A stretch of 64,000 nt of DNA. Source: Candidatus Marinacidobacterales bacterium (lineage in GTDB: Bacteria; Acidobacteriota; Vicinamibacteria; Marinacidobacterales; SMYC01). Positions 1 through 8,910 of this stretch are shown piece by piece. Made by a program: the position numbers and the translations under genes. The notes below the pieces were generated by a model that saw only the letters and a list, made by a program, of their open reading frames with translations, made no database searches and was not told where the DNA came from. The DNA is taken from contig CBDCYI010000005.1 of the NCBI GenBank assembly GCA_965224085.1, positions 1,696,001 to 1,760,000 on the forward strand, in the 5' to 3' direction. Positions within the stretch are counted from its first letter, which is position 1, and each line of letters starts with the position of its first letter.

Positions 1-31
1 TACCAATCTCTGAATCAGGACCGCTAGCCTC

Positions 32-1021
32 ATGGCGGTGGCCGTCGTCGGCGCGGGGGCCTGGGGGACGGCGCTCGCGAAGTCGATCGCGGACCAAGGC
101 GAGCCCGTCACGCTTTGGTGCCGTGAGCCCGAAGTCGTCGCCGCAGTGAAGGAGCTGCGCGTCAACGAGCTCTTTCTTCCCGACGTGCGTCTTCCCGATA
201 AGCTCGACGTGACGCAGGAGCTCGGGGCGTGCGTACGTGACAAAGAACTCATTCTTCTGGCGGTGCCGTCCCAATATTTTCGATACGTTCTCGAGGAGCT
301 CGCACCCCATCTGAGCAAGGGCCAGCGTTTCGTGAGCGCAACCAAAGGCATCGAAGAAGGAACTCTTCTGCGCATGAGCGAAGTCGTCGCCGACGTGCTA
401 CCCTTTTCCCCCGATCTCACAGCGATCTCGGGTCCGACCTTCGCGAAGGAGGTCGCCCGCGCAGAGCCGACCGCCCTCGTCGCGGCGAGCGAGAACGACG
501 CCTCGACGCTCTACGTCCAAGCCCGTTTGGCGACGAGGACATTCCGGGTTTACACGAACGACGACGTGATTGGCGTCGAGCTGGGAGGCGCGCTCAAGAA
601 CGTCATCGCCATAGCCGTTGGGGTCGCGAGCGGCCTCGGCCTCGGCTACAATCCCGCGGCCGCGCTGATGACTCGTGGCCTCGCCGAGATCTCGAGACTC
701 GCCGAAGCCATGGGCGGCAAGCGCGAGACGCTCGCTGGGCTTTCTGGCGTCGGCGATCTCGTGCTCACATGCACCGGCCAACTCTCTCGAAACCGAACCG
801 TCGGCGTCGCGCTCGGTGAAGGCAAGTCGCTCGCCGATATCATGTCCAAGATGCGTCAAGTCGTCGAAGGCGTCGCAACTACCCACGCCGCCGTCGAGCT
901 GGCCCTCGCCAACCAAATAGAGATGCCCATAGCCTTCCAGATGGAACGCCTGCTGAAGGGAGAAGCAACCGCCAGAGAAGCGATGCATGAGCTCCTGGAT
1001 CGCCCGGTGGGCTCGGAATGA
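32..1021 (+). CDS. gpsA: NAD(P)H-dependent glycerol-3-phosphate dehydrogenase
   Basis: GAGAWGTALA Rossmann motif, ATKGIE, SGPTFA, GGALKNVIAI, GDLVLTC..LSRNR. Confidence 0.97.
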   Translation: MAVAVVGAGAWGTALAKSIADQGEPVTLWCREPEVVAAVKELRVNELFLPDVRLPDKLDVTQELGACVRDKELILLAVPSQYFRYVLEELAPHLSKGQRFVSATKGIEEGTLLRMSEVVADVLPFSPDLTAISGPTFAKEVARAEPTALVAASENDASTLYVQARLATRTFRVYTNDDVIGVELGGALKNVIAIAVGVASGLGLGYNPAAALMTRGLAEISRLAEAMGGKRETLAGLSGVGDLVLTCTGQLSRNRTVGVALGEGKSLADIMSKMRQVVEGVATTHAAVELALANQIEMPIAFQMERLLKGEATAREAMHELLDRPVGSE

Positions 1022-1051
1022 TTCAGCATTCAGAAATCCTGAATCATGGAT

Positions 1052-2143
1052 TCAAAAGATTTCCAGAATTTCATACAACGTTGTTCGCTGTGCCGGGCGA
1101 AATCCTGCCTCCCGAATGAGGGTTTTTATTTCATCCGTCGACGTTTTGTTCACGAAGCCGGTTGCCGCGTGTACGTTCTCTTCGAAGAGGGTGCCGCCGA
1201 AATCGTCCGCGCCCCAGTGGAGCGCGACCTGGCCGGTCTTCTTGCCTTCAGAGAACCACGAGGCTTGGATGTGATCGAAATTGTCGAGGTAGATTCTCGA
1301 CGCTGCCAGCATGCGGAGGTACTGATTGGGGCCCGCGTGGCGCGGGATCTTCTTGACTAAAGGCGTATTGCCCGGCTTGAAGCTCCACGGGACGAAGGCC
1401 GTGAAGCCGCCGTGCTCATCCTGGAGTGAGCGGATCGCTTCGAAATGCTCGACGACGTCCTCGGGTGTTTCGACGTGGCCGTACATCATCGTGGCTGTCG
1501 AGCGGAATCCGAGCGCATGCGCCTCGCGGTGCACGTCGAGCCAGCTCAGTGTGATCCCCTTTTTGTGCGAGATCTTTTTGCGCACCCTCTCGGAAAGGAT
1601 CTCGGCCCCGCCGCCGGGGATGGTCGTCTGGCCGGCGTCTTTGAGTGCGCCCAGCACTTCTCGCAACGGGAGTCCGGACACCGCCGCCATGCCCTCGATC
1701 TCCGCCGCGCTCCAAAAATGAGGCGTGACTCGCGGGTAGCGCTCGCGCACCGCGCGGACGAGCTCGAGATAATAGTCTAGCGGCAGCTCCGAGTTGACAC
1801 CGCCTTGCATCAAGACCGTTGTGACGCCGTATTCCGCGGAACGGCCGATGCGCTCGAGCATCTCCTCGACCGAGTACGTATAAGCCTCGTCGTGGCCGGG
1901 GCTCCGGTAGAACGCGCAAAACGTGCAGTCGACGTTGCACACGTTGGTGTAGTTTGGATTGGTGTCGATGACGAAGGTAACGATCGGTTCGGGATGTTGT
2001 TTGCGCCGAACCTCCATGGCGAGCTGACCCAGATCGAGGAGGCTAACTTCAGAGAGAAGGAACAAACCGTCGTCGCGGTCGACGCGCTCACCGGCGCGTA
2101 CTTTGTCGCGGACTGCTTCGAAAGTTGGGCTCATAGGGTTCAA
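1052..2143 (-). CDS. mqnC: Cyclic dehypoxanthinyl futalosine synthase (radical SAM)
   Basis: NYTNVCNVDCTFCAFYR CxxxCxxC, LMQGG, PGGGAEIL, TATMMYGH, GADDFGG; clustered with mqnA/mqnE. Confidence 0.93.
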   Translation of the reverse strand: MNPMSPTFEAVRDKVRAGERVDRDDGLFLLSEVSLLDLGQLAMEVRRKQHPEPIVTFVIDTNPNYTNVCNVDCTFCAFYRSPGHDEAYTYSVEEMLERIGRSAEYGVTTVLMQGGVNSELPLDYYLELVRAVRERYPRVTPHFWSAAEIEGMAAVSGLPLREVLGALKDAGQTTIPGGGAEILSERVRKKISHKKGITLSWLDVHREAHALGFRSTATMMYGHVETPEDVVEHFEAIRSLQDEHGGFTAFVPWSFKPGNTPLVKKIPRHAGPNQYLRMLAASRIYLDNFDHIQASWFSEGKKTGQVALHWGADDFGGTLFEENVHAATGFVNKTSTDEIKTLIREAGFRPAQRTTLYEILEIF

Positions 2144-2901
2144 ATGGGTTCGAGAAAATTGTGTTCGCGGGTCAGTCGGCGAAACTCTTCGAGGCCTTTC
2201 ATCTCCTCGGGCCCGAGTCGATAGTGAAAATTCCGGAGGTAGGAGGCCAGGATTTCACGTGGGCCGAGCTCTCCTGCGAACTGCGCCGCGATATCGTTGA
2301 TTTGCGACATGCCGACGGTAAACGAGCGCTCCAGTAGGTCGGCGAGCTCATCCTTTGTTCCGGGGGTGAGCGAGCGTCGCACCGCCCAGAGTGCGAAGAC
2401 GAACGGAAGCTCCGTCCAGTTCCACCACTCCGTCGCGAGATCATAGCGATAGGGAAAGTCCGGCGTCGCCCTCGTGTTGCGCCGGAGGGCTTCGTTTCCA
2501 ATCACGAGAAAAGCGTCGCCTTCTTCTCGGAGCCCACGCACATATTCTGCAGGGCGGTTCTTGTCACGAAGCTCGACCAAGACACGGAGCAGTCGGACGG
2601 AGGTGGAGGTCTCTTCGGTAATCCCGATGCGCGCGCCGTCGAACTCGGCCATGGGCCGGCGGCTCAGCAACAAGATGCTGCGGACTTCGTGCCGGTTGGC
2701 CACGCCCAGGCCCGCGATGGGCTCGTAGCGGTCCTCATGGACGAAGTAATCCGCAGTGGCAAGGATGCCGGCATCGATCTCGCCGTTTTCGGCCATCTGG
2801 CCCAGCTCCCGCGGTGGCGTCGGGATCAGTCGATGTTCTCCGAGCAGCGGGTAGAACGGCTGACTGTTCAAGTACGAGATTTGCCCGATCAGAAGTCGCA
2901 C
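2140..2901 (-). CDS. mqnA: Chorismate dehydratase
   Basis: ISYLNSQP, TSTSVRL, LVIGNEAL, DLATEW...LPFVFALW; overlaps mqnC start. Confidence 0.92.
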   Translation of the reverse strand: MRLLIGQISYLNSQPFYPLLGEHRLIPTPPRELGQMAENGEIDAGILATADYFVHEDRYEPIAGLGVANRHEVRSILLLSRRPMAEFDGARIGITEETSTSVRLLRVLVELRDKNRPAEYVRGLREEGDAFLVIGNEALRRNTRATPDFPYRYDLATEWWNWTELPFVFALWAVRRSLTPGTKDELADLLERSFTVGMSQINDIAAQFAGELGPREILASYLRNFHYRLGPEEMKGLEEFRRLTREHNFLEPI

Positions 2902-2907
2902 GTCGGC

Positions 2908-4008
2908 TCAGTTATAGACGCGCAGGACGTTATAGAGCGCGTCGCGCTCGGCGGGGACTTTGCCGGCTTCGCGGATCATCTCAATGAGTTTGTCACGCGC
3001 GAGGCCGATGGCGCTTTTCGCCTGCGCGTAATGCGCGATCCGTTCTTCGCCGATCGTTCCGTCGAGGTCGCTCGCGCCGAAGTTGAGAGCCACGGAAGCG
3101 GTTTCTTCTCCGAGCATGACCCAGTACGACTTGACGTGGTCGAAGTTGTCGAGCAGCAACCGGGCGCAAGCCACGGTCCGGAGGTCCTCGATTGCCGAGG
3201 CTTGCCGCTCCGCGAGCCCGGTATTGCCGGGCTGGAGGGCGAGCGGGATGAAGGACAGGAATCCCGGGGTCTCGTCTTGCGCGTCGCGCAGCCGCAGCAT
3301 GTGAACCACACGCTCTTCGTAGGTCTCGATATGGCCGTAGAGAAGCGTCGCGTTCGAAGGAAAGCCCATCTCGTGGGCGATGCGGTGCACTTCGAACCAG
3401 CGGTCGGCGCCCATTTTGTGCTTGAACGTCGCTTCCTGCACCCGCTCCGAAAAAACTTCAGCGCCGCCTCCCGGAAGCGATTGCAGGCCGACCTCGCGAA
3501 GCCGCTCGAGCACTTCTTCGATAGAGATCCTCGCGATCCTCGCGAACCAGTCGATCTCGACGGCGGTCCATGCCTTGATTTGAATGGAAGGAAAGGCCTC
3601 GTGGATACGCTTCACGATGTTCAAGTAATCTTCGAACTTCCACGTCGGGTGGAGGCCTCCGACGATGTGCACTTCCGAAAGCTCGTCGCCGAGTTTTTTT
3701 AGGATCTCGTCGATCGACATCTCATAAGCGTGGTCATCGCCCGGCTTCGCCGCGAAATCGCAGAACGTACAGTCGAGAACGCAGAGATTTGTCGGGTTGA
3801 TTTGCCGGTTCATGACGAAGTAAACTCGGTTGCCCGACTTTTTGCGCTTCACGTGGTCCGCCATTTTGCCGATGGCCGTGAGGTCCCAGCTATTCAAGAC
3901 CGCGAGCCCGTCTTCGCTGCCGAGACGCCCGCCGGATAGGACGCGCTCCCATACGGGGATGAGTGCCTCGTCTTGAAATACGATTTCTTCTTGCGCGGTC
4001 GATGTCAC
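2908..4008 (-). CDS. mqnE: Aminofutalosine synthase (radical SAM)
   Basis: NRQINPTNLCVLDCTFCDF, EVHIVGGLHP, KAWTAVEI, PGGGAEVF, HVKSYWVMLG, DLDGTIGEERI. Confidence 0.93.
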   Translation of the reverse strand: MTSTAQEEIVFQDEALIPVWERVLSGGRLGSEDGLAVLNSWDLTAIGKMADHVKRKKSGNRVYFVMNRQINPTNLCVLDCTFCDFAAKPGDDHAYEMSIDEILKKLGDELSEVHIVGGLHPTWKFEDYLNIVKRIHEAFPSIQIKAWTAVEIDWFARIARISIEEVLERLREVGLQSLPGGGAEVFSERVQEATFKHKMGADRWFEVHRIAHEMGFPSNATLLYGHIETYEERVVHMLRLRDAQDETPGFLSFIPLALQPGNTGLAERQASAIEDLRTVACARLLLDNFDHVKSYWVMLGEETASVALNFGASDLDGTIGEERIAHYAQAKSAIGLARDKLIEMIREAGKVPAERDALYNVLRVYN

Positions 4009-4123
4009 TCGAAAGCTCCTGACCGGAAATTCTTACAAAACCGCGTCGCGGTTTCCAGTCCCGTTAGTCGCGGCTCGCTCCAGTCGATGTAAACCATTTA
4101 GTAGTAATCAGTTAACCGGGAGC

Positions 4124-4969
4124 TCAAAAGTGAAGCCCGACGCCGGCCCAGACGAAACCTAGCACGACAAAACCGATGACGGCGTTTATTTTGAAAAAGG
4201 CGAGCTCGACGGAGGAGGCCTTGCGGTGCTCGAGCAGCAAGAGCGCGGCGATGGCGACGAGAAGCACCGCGGCGACGGATCCTTCCATGGACGTCCAGTA
4301 CAGCACGCCCAAAAGTAAGAACGCCACGACGTGGAACGCAAACGAGACCGCGAGCGCGCGCTTCTTGCCGAGCCGGGACGGCAGGGAGTAGAGCCCGTCG
4401 CTCCGGTCGAAATCGACGTCGAGCATGGCATAGATGATGTCGAAACCCGCGACCCAGAACAAGGTGAACAGGCATAAGAGCAGGACACGCGGGTAGTCAT
4501 GGAAATCGAGTTGGACGGCGTACCAAGCTCCGAGGGGACCCATCGCGAGCGACGCGCCCACGCCCAAATGCGCCCACATCGTGAACCGTTTCATTAGCGG
4601 GTAGAGGAGGAAGATGCCGAGCGGGATGGGGCTGAACAAGAGACATTTGGGCGATATCAAAAAGGCCGCACCGAGATAGACCGTCGCGCCGAGCCCGGTG
4701 ACGAGCGAGGCCTCCGCGAGCGTCATCTGCCCGCTCGGAAGCTCGCGGCCGGCGGTGCGCGGGTTGCGGCGGTCGATCGCGCGGTCCAGGATCCGGTTCA
4801 TCCCGAGCGCTGCTGTCCGGGCTCCCGTTCCGGCGAGGAGAATGAGCATGAATACGCGCCAGGTCAAAGCCTCCTCTGCGAGCAAGGCGCCGCTGAGCAA
4901 CAGAGGAAACGAAAAGAGCGTGTGCTCGATCTTTACGAAACGGCTATACGTCTTCAAACGATCTTGCAT
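4124..4969 (-). CDS. UbiA-family prenyltransferase (MqnP-like)
   Basis: KIEHTLFSFP, NRILDRAIDRRNPRTAGRELPSG, FDIIYAMLD; multiple TM segments; upstream of mqnE. Confidence 0.9.
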   Translation of the reverse strand: MQDRLKTYSRFVKIEHTLFSFPLLLSGALLAEEALTWRVFMLILLAGTGARTAALGMNRILDRAIDRRNPRTAGRELPSGQMTLAEASLVTGLGATVYLGAAFLISPKCLLFSPIPLGIFLLYPLMKRFTMWAHLGVGASLAMGPLGAWYAVQLDFHDYPRVLLLCLFTLFWVAGFDIIYAMLDVDFDRSDGLYSLPSRLGKKRALAVSFAFHVVAFLLLGVLYWTSMEGSVAAVLLVAIAALLLLEHRKASSVELAFFKINAVIGFVVLGFVWAGVGLHF

Positions 4970-4990
4970 GCGCGTTCATTAGAAACCCCT

Positions 4991-5020
4991 TTGACAGTCA
5001 GAATCAATGCCCCTTAGAAT
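4991..5020 (+). promoter_or_regulatory. Sigma70-type promoter for the histone-like gene
   Basis: TTGACA (4991-4996), 18 nt spacer, TAGAAT (5015-5020). Confidence 0.7.
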
Positions 5021-5211
5021 TCCGACCGAACTGCCGAGCAGACCCGAGAGGTTCCATAGCGCATAGTCCAGAAGCGTCAGTCGCAACTCCTGTCGCCAAC
5101 GAGATGACGAAATCCGCTTACGATGTTATTCTCGATTCGTTGTGCGGGACGGTTCGTCTGACGTGATCGAGTCAAATAACTGCTGAACGTGGATGGAGGT
5201 GGGCAGCTGAA

Positions 5212-5739
5212 ATGACGAAGAAAAAGAAGAAGACGAAAGCCAGGAAGAAAAAAGCTACGAAGCGCAAAGCCAAGAAGAAAGCCGCCAAGAAGAAAACGAA
5301 AAAAAGGGCAGGCCGCAAAGTCGCGAAGAAAAAGAAAGCGGTAAAGAAAAAGGCTAAGAAGAAGTCCGCCAAGAAGAAAACTACGAAGAAGAAGACGAAA
5401 AAAAAGGCGGCCAAGAAAAAGGCCGCTAAGAGGAGAGCCAAGAAAAAAGCCGCTCCCAAGAAGGCAGCGAAAAGGAAGGCCGTAGCCAGAGAGGTTGCGG
5501 CGCCGAAGAAAGTTGCGCCCGCGCCGGCCCCTACGCCCGCCCCGCCTGACGTCGCGCCCACTACGCCTACCCAGGCACCGTGGGAGCGCGAGAGCGGTGC
5601 GTCGAGCACCGATACACCGTCGCCGTGGGGATCGGAGTCGTCGGACGCACGCACCGGCAGTCCCGGCTTGGGCGAGCCCGAAGCGGAGGCGGATGACAAC
5701 GACGATGACTTAGGTGGCGGGACAGGTCCCAGCTTCTAA
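5212..5739 (+). CDS. Lys/Ala-rich histone H1-like basic protein
   Basis: About 100 aa of KKKA-type repeats, then a Pro-rich linker and acidic tail; GGAGG RBS upstream. Confidence 0.75.
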   Translation: MTKKKKKTKARKKKATKRKAKKKAAKKKTKKRAGRKVAKKKKAVKKKAKKKSAKKKTTKKKTKKKAAKKKAAKRRAKKKAAPKKAAKRKAVAREVAAPKKVAPAPAPTPAPPDVAPTTPTQAPWERESGASSTDTPSPWGSESSDARTGSPGLGEPEAEADDNDDDLGGGTGPSF

Positions 5740-5769
5740 CTCGGCCGTCTAGAACCCACCATCATCTGA

Positions 5770-5800
5770 AGCGCCCTCGGCCTAACGGGTCGGGGGCGCT
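5770..5800. terminator. Stem-loop between convergent genes
   Basis: AGCGCCCTCGGCC-taacg-GGTCGGGGGCGCT (with G-U pairs); no clear U tract. Confidence 0.55.
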
Positions 5801-5809
5801 GCCGATGCG

Positions 5810-6007
5810 TCATTCTTCGTCGAGAATGAAACGCCCGCCCTCTGCGAAATGCTTCTTATCGCACGTCGGACAGGCGACGAACTGCTTTCCGGCCTCCTGT
5901 TTGATCATGCCACTCGCATCTTCCCCCTCGATCGGGTTGCCGCAGGTGCAATAGAACACGCCCTCTTCGAGAAACACGTCGTCCTCGACTTCCAATTCGT
6001 CACTCAT
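5810..6007 (-). CDS. Small acidic zinc-ribbon-like protein
   Basis: YCTCG...CPTC cysteine pairs; AAGGAG RBS; TGCTATACT extended -10 upstream on the minus strand. Confidence 0.7.
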   Translation of the reverse strand: MSDELEVEDDVFLEEGVFYCTCGNPIEGEDASGMIKQEAGKQFVACPTCDKKHFAEGGRFILDEE

Positions 6008-6209
6008 GGCACGCTCCTTAGACTCATAAGCGAGATTCGCGGGACCTAGAAAAGTATAGCATTCGGCCTTCGAAGTAGTCGATTTCGGGAAGTGCCGTTT
6101 CGTGATAGGATTCGACTCCTGGCTGCGAAAATCATCGCCCTGAAGCGGCGAGATCTTGGACCGCTCCCGTCTGGGATGATCTCCTATTCAGCCAAGAGAG
6201 ACTAACGAA

Positions 6210-7382
6210 ATGGAACCAAAGACACGAAGGCTTGCCTTGGTCGCCGTACTCACGCTCCTCGTTTCCGTGGCCTGCGGTAATCCGGACGTGGGAATCACGA
6301 GTGAAGAGATTCTCGTCGGAACCTGGACGCCGTTGACGGGCCCGGCTTCCAATCTCTCTACGATCGCCAAAGGTATGGAGGCGTATTTCGCCTACGTTAA
6401 TGAAGAGGAGGGTGGCGTCCATGGGCGCAAGCTCAATCTTCTCATCAAAGATGACGGCTACGACCCCGCGCGCACGCCGGCCGTCGTAGAGGAGCTCGTC
6501 GAGGGAGTCCGTGTCTTCGCTCTTTTGGGGGGCAACGGCACCGCGAACTGCCTTGCGGTGAAAGACTACATCGCCATCAAACTGCTTCCCTGGATAAACC
6601 CCGGTTCGGGAGCGCGCGTCTGGACGTCTCCCATGAACGCCTATGTGTTCTCGACCTACCCGTCCTACGTGACCGAGGGGCGCATTCTCGCCAAATATGT
6701 CACCGACGAGCTCCAGGCGGAAAAGTACGGCATGTTTTACCAAGACGACTCCTTTGGGCGTGAAGGGCAAGAGGGGGTGCGCCTCGGCCTGCGTAATAGC
6801 GACAATGAGATTGCCGTCGCGGAAGCCTATACGGTCGGCAACAACGACTTGGCGGAGGTCGCCCAGAAGTTCAAAGACGAGGAAGTCGACGTGATCTTCG
6901 TGTGGACAATCACAGAAGGCGCGGCCGCCCTCGTGAACGCGATCGAAGCACTCGGAGACTACGATCCTCAGATTGTGGCGACGCAGGTTCTCGCCGATCC
7001 CGTGATGTTCGATCTCACCGGCGAGAGCTGGGACGGCGCGATCGTGGCTTCGAGCGTTCCCGAGACCAATTCGAACGAGCCCGGCGTTGTCAAAGGTCGT
7101 CAGATCATCGAAAAATACGGCGACGGGATCGAGTTCGGCACCTACGCCATGTTGGGCCTCGCGCGCGCGGAAGTCATGGTCGAAGGTTTGCGCCGTGCCG
7201 GGCCCGACCTCAACCGGCTGAAATTGATCCTGGCCCTCGAGGGCATGAAAGACTGGAGCGACAACTTCCTAGGCACGCCCATCAGCTTTAGCGCCGAGAA
7301 CCACCAAGGTTTGAACTCCGTCCACCTCAGCAAAGCCGAGGGCGGGCGGCTCGTTCAATTGTCCGACTGGCTCGAGTCTTGA
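6210..7382 (+). CDS. Branched-chain amino acid-type ABC substrate-binding lipoprotein
   Basis: Lipobox LVSVAC, PLTGP, GGVHGRKL, DDGYDP, YQDDSFG. Confidence 0.88.
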   Translation: MEPKTRRLALVAVLTLLVSVACGNPDVGITSEEILVGTWTPLTGPASNLSTIAKGMEAYFAYVNEEEGGVHGRKLNLLIKDDGYDPARTPAVVEELVEGVRVFALLGGNGTANCLAVKDYIAIKLLPWINPGSGARVWTSPMNAYVFSTYPSYVTEGRILAKYVTDELQAEKYGMFYQDDSFGREGQEGVRLGLRNSDNEIAVAEAYTVGNNDLAEVAQKFKDEEVDVIFVWTITEGAAALVNAIEALGDYDPQIVATQVLADPVMFDLTGESWDGAIVASSVPETNSNEPGVVKGRQIIEKYGDGIEFGTYAMLGLARAEVMVEGLRRAGPDLNRLKLILALEGMKDWSDNFLGTPISFSAENHQGLNSVHLSKAEGGRLVQLSDWLES

Positions 7383-7398
7383 GACCCAGACGCTTTAT

Positions 7399-7428
7399 TT
7401 GACGCTCCGACGTGAAGCCGATTAGAAT
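7399..7428 (+). promoter_or_regulatory. Sigma70-type promoter for the XRE gene
   Basis: TTGACG (7399-7404), 18 nt spacer, TAGAAT (7423-7428). Confidence 0.6.
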
Positions 7429-7592
7429 CCTCCCGTTCTAGGCTCTCGTCTTCTCCCGCGAGAGAAGACCAGAGCTCGCGCGGTCCGGAATCAAAGTAAG
7501 GTTCAGTACTCCCTTGCGTAGCAAGTACGACCTTCTGCCCATCCGCGGCCGCAGCCTGCGAGAACGCCAACTCAGGAGGGAGTCGATCCACC

Positions 7593-7946
7593 ATGAAATT
7601 CGGAAGGACGGTTCGTAAGCTGCGAGAGGAACAAAACGTCAGCATCGCTCAATTTGCTAGAAAAGTCGGGATGAGTCCGACTTATCTCGCGCCCATCGAG
7701 CGTGACGTATTCCCGCCTCCCGCAGAGAAGAAAGTGATCAAGATCGCGAAGGCGCTCGATCAGAACACAGACGAGTTTCTCGCCCTCGCCGGCCGGATCG
7801 GCACCGACTTGAGACGCATCATCCGTCGCCAGCCGGCGAGTGCTGGACGCGTTTTACGCGCTATCGACGGGCTCTCAGAAAGAGAGATCGACGAGCTCGT
7901 GACCAAGGCGAAGAAAAGGAACCACCGGAAAAGAACGGCAAAGTAG
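7593..7946 (+). CDS. XRE/Cro-C1 helix-turn-helix regulator
   Basis: FGRTVRKLREE..SIAQFARKVGMSPTYLAPIERD..PPP; AGGAGG RBS. Confidence 0.88.
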   Translation: MKFGRTVRKLREEQNVSIAQFARKVGMSPTYLAPIERDVFPPPAEKKVIKIAKALDQNTDEFLALAGRIGTDLRRIIRRQPASAGRVLRAIDGLSEREIDELVTKAKKRNHRKRTAK

Positions 7947-7989
7947 GCGGCGTCCAAACATCCGAAGCCTCGCGTTACACTACTGTCCA

Positions 7990-8814
7990 ATGAGTCCGTC
8001 TCAAGGAGGGTTTCCCGATCTTCGGATTGTTCCTGTTTCCGATCTGCTGCTACACGAGGATGTCGATCTCGAGCGTGTCGCGCGGCTTCTCGATCGTTTA
8101 TCCGCAGACGGTATTCTGAGAAATCCGCCCATCGTGGCGAGTCTCCCTGGCACCGATCGATTCTTGTTGCTCGATGGCGCTAATCGTGTTTCCGCCCTCG
8201 AGAATCTCGACATTCCGCACCTGCTCGTTCAAGTCGAGTTCTTAGGCGACCCCGCACTCGAGGTGCGCCATTGGAACCATGTCGTTCGGGACATCGAAGC
8301 GCGCGAGTTAGCGGAATACGCGCGGGGCGCCGACGGCATCGAGCTCGTTGAGAATGCGCCCGAAGGCGATCCCGACTATCTCGGAAGCATCTTGACCGCG
8401 GATTCTGAGGCTCTGCATCTGAGAGCTCCAGGGTCGATGAAAGATCGGGTGCGACACTTGCGCGCGATGGTTGACGTCTATTACAGCCGCGAAGCGCGGA
8501 TGGACAGGGTCAATCACTCAGATATCGCGGCGCTCAAAGAGCAGCACTCGCATTTCGGAGCTGTCGTGGTGTTCCCGAATTTTTCGAAGGATGTGCTGCG
8601 CGCCGTCGCTGAGGAAGGGGATCGCCTGCCTTCGGGTGTGACCCGCATCCTCGTGCCGCGCCGTGTTCTCGGCTTCAACATGCGCCTGCCGCTTCTGAAG
8701 TCGAACCTTCCCCTCGAAGAGAAAACGCGTTGGCTCACCGATCAGATCCAGCACAAGGTCTCCGAGCACGAAGTCCGCTACTACCAGGAGCCGACGTTCA
8801 TTTTTGATGATTGA
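7990..8814 (+). CDS. ParB/Srx-fold protein, SerK/SbnI-like putative kinase
   Basis: LLLHE..D..RV..L, RNPPIV, LLLDGANRVSAL; C-terminal LPSGVTR. Confidence 0.65.
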   Translation: MSPSQGGFPDLRIVPVSDLLLHEDVDLERVARLLDRLSADGILRNPPIVASLPGTDRFLLLDGANRVSALENLDIPHLLVQVEFLGDPALEVRHWNHVVRDIEARELAEYARGADGIELVENAPEGDPDYLGSILTADSEALHLRAPGSMKDRVRHLRAMVDVYYSREARMDRVNHSDIAALKEQHSHFGAVVVFPNFSKDVLRAVAEEGDRLPSGVTRILVPRRVLGFNMRLPLLKSNLPLEEKTRWLTDQIQHKVSEHEVRYYQEPTFIFDD

Positions 8815-8872
8815 GCGCGGAAGGCAAGGGGAGGAGGGGATGTGGGAAACAACCTCTCACGCTGAGCAGTCT

Positions 8873-8901
8873 TTGAGGGAGAGCTCGGTACGTGCTAGGA
8901 T
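8873..8901 (+). promoter_or_regulatory. Promoter of the yebC-ruv operon
   Basis: TTGAGG, 17 nt spacer, TGcTAGGAT extended -10; ATG 9 nt downstream. Confidence 0.55.
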
Positions 8902-8910
8902 TTTGCGGCT

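Noticed and set aside
10-1056. CTGAATCA direct repeat flanking gpsA (10-17, 1039-1046) as a target-site duplication
   Set aside because: The match is short, the gene is housekeeping, and no mobile element is evident.
5172-5699. Phe/Ala-rich 175-aa minus-strand ORF resembling a membrane protein
   Set aside because: It is the antisense shadow of the Lys-rich gene, which has the promoter and RBS.
7990-8814. Plasmid or prophage partition locus (XRE + ParB)
   Set aside because: No ParA, parS repeats, HTH domain or phage genes; the motifs fit an enzyme-type ParB fold.
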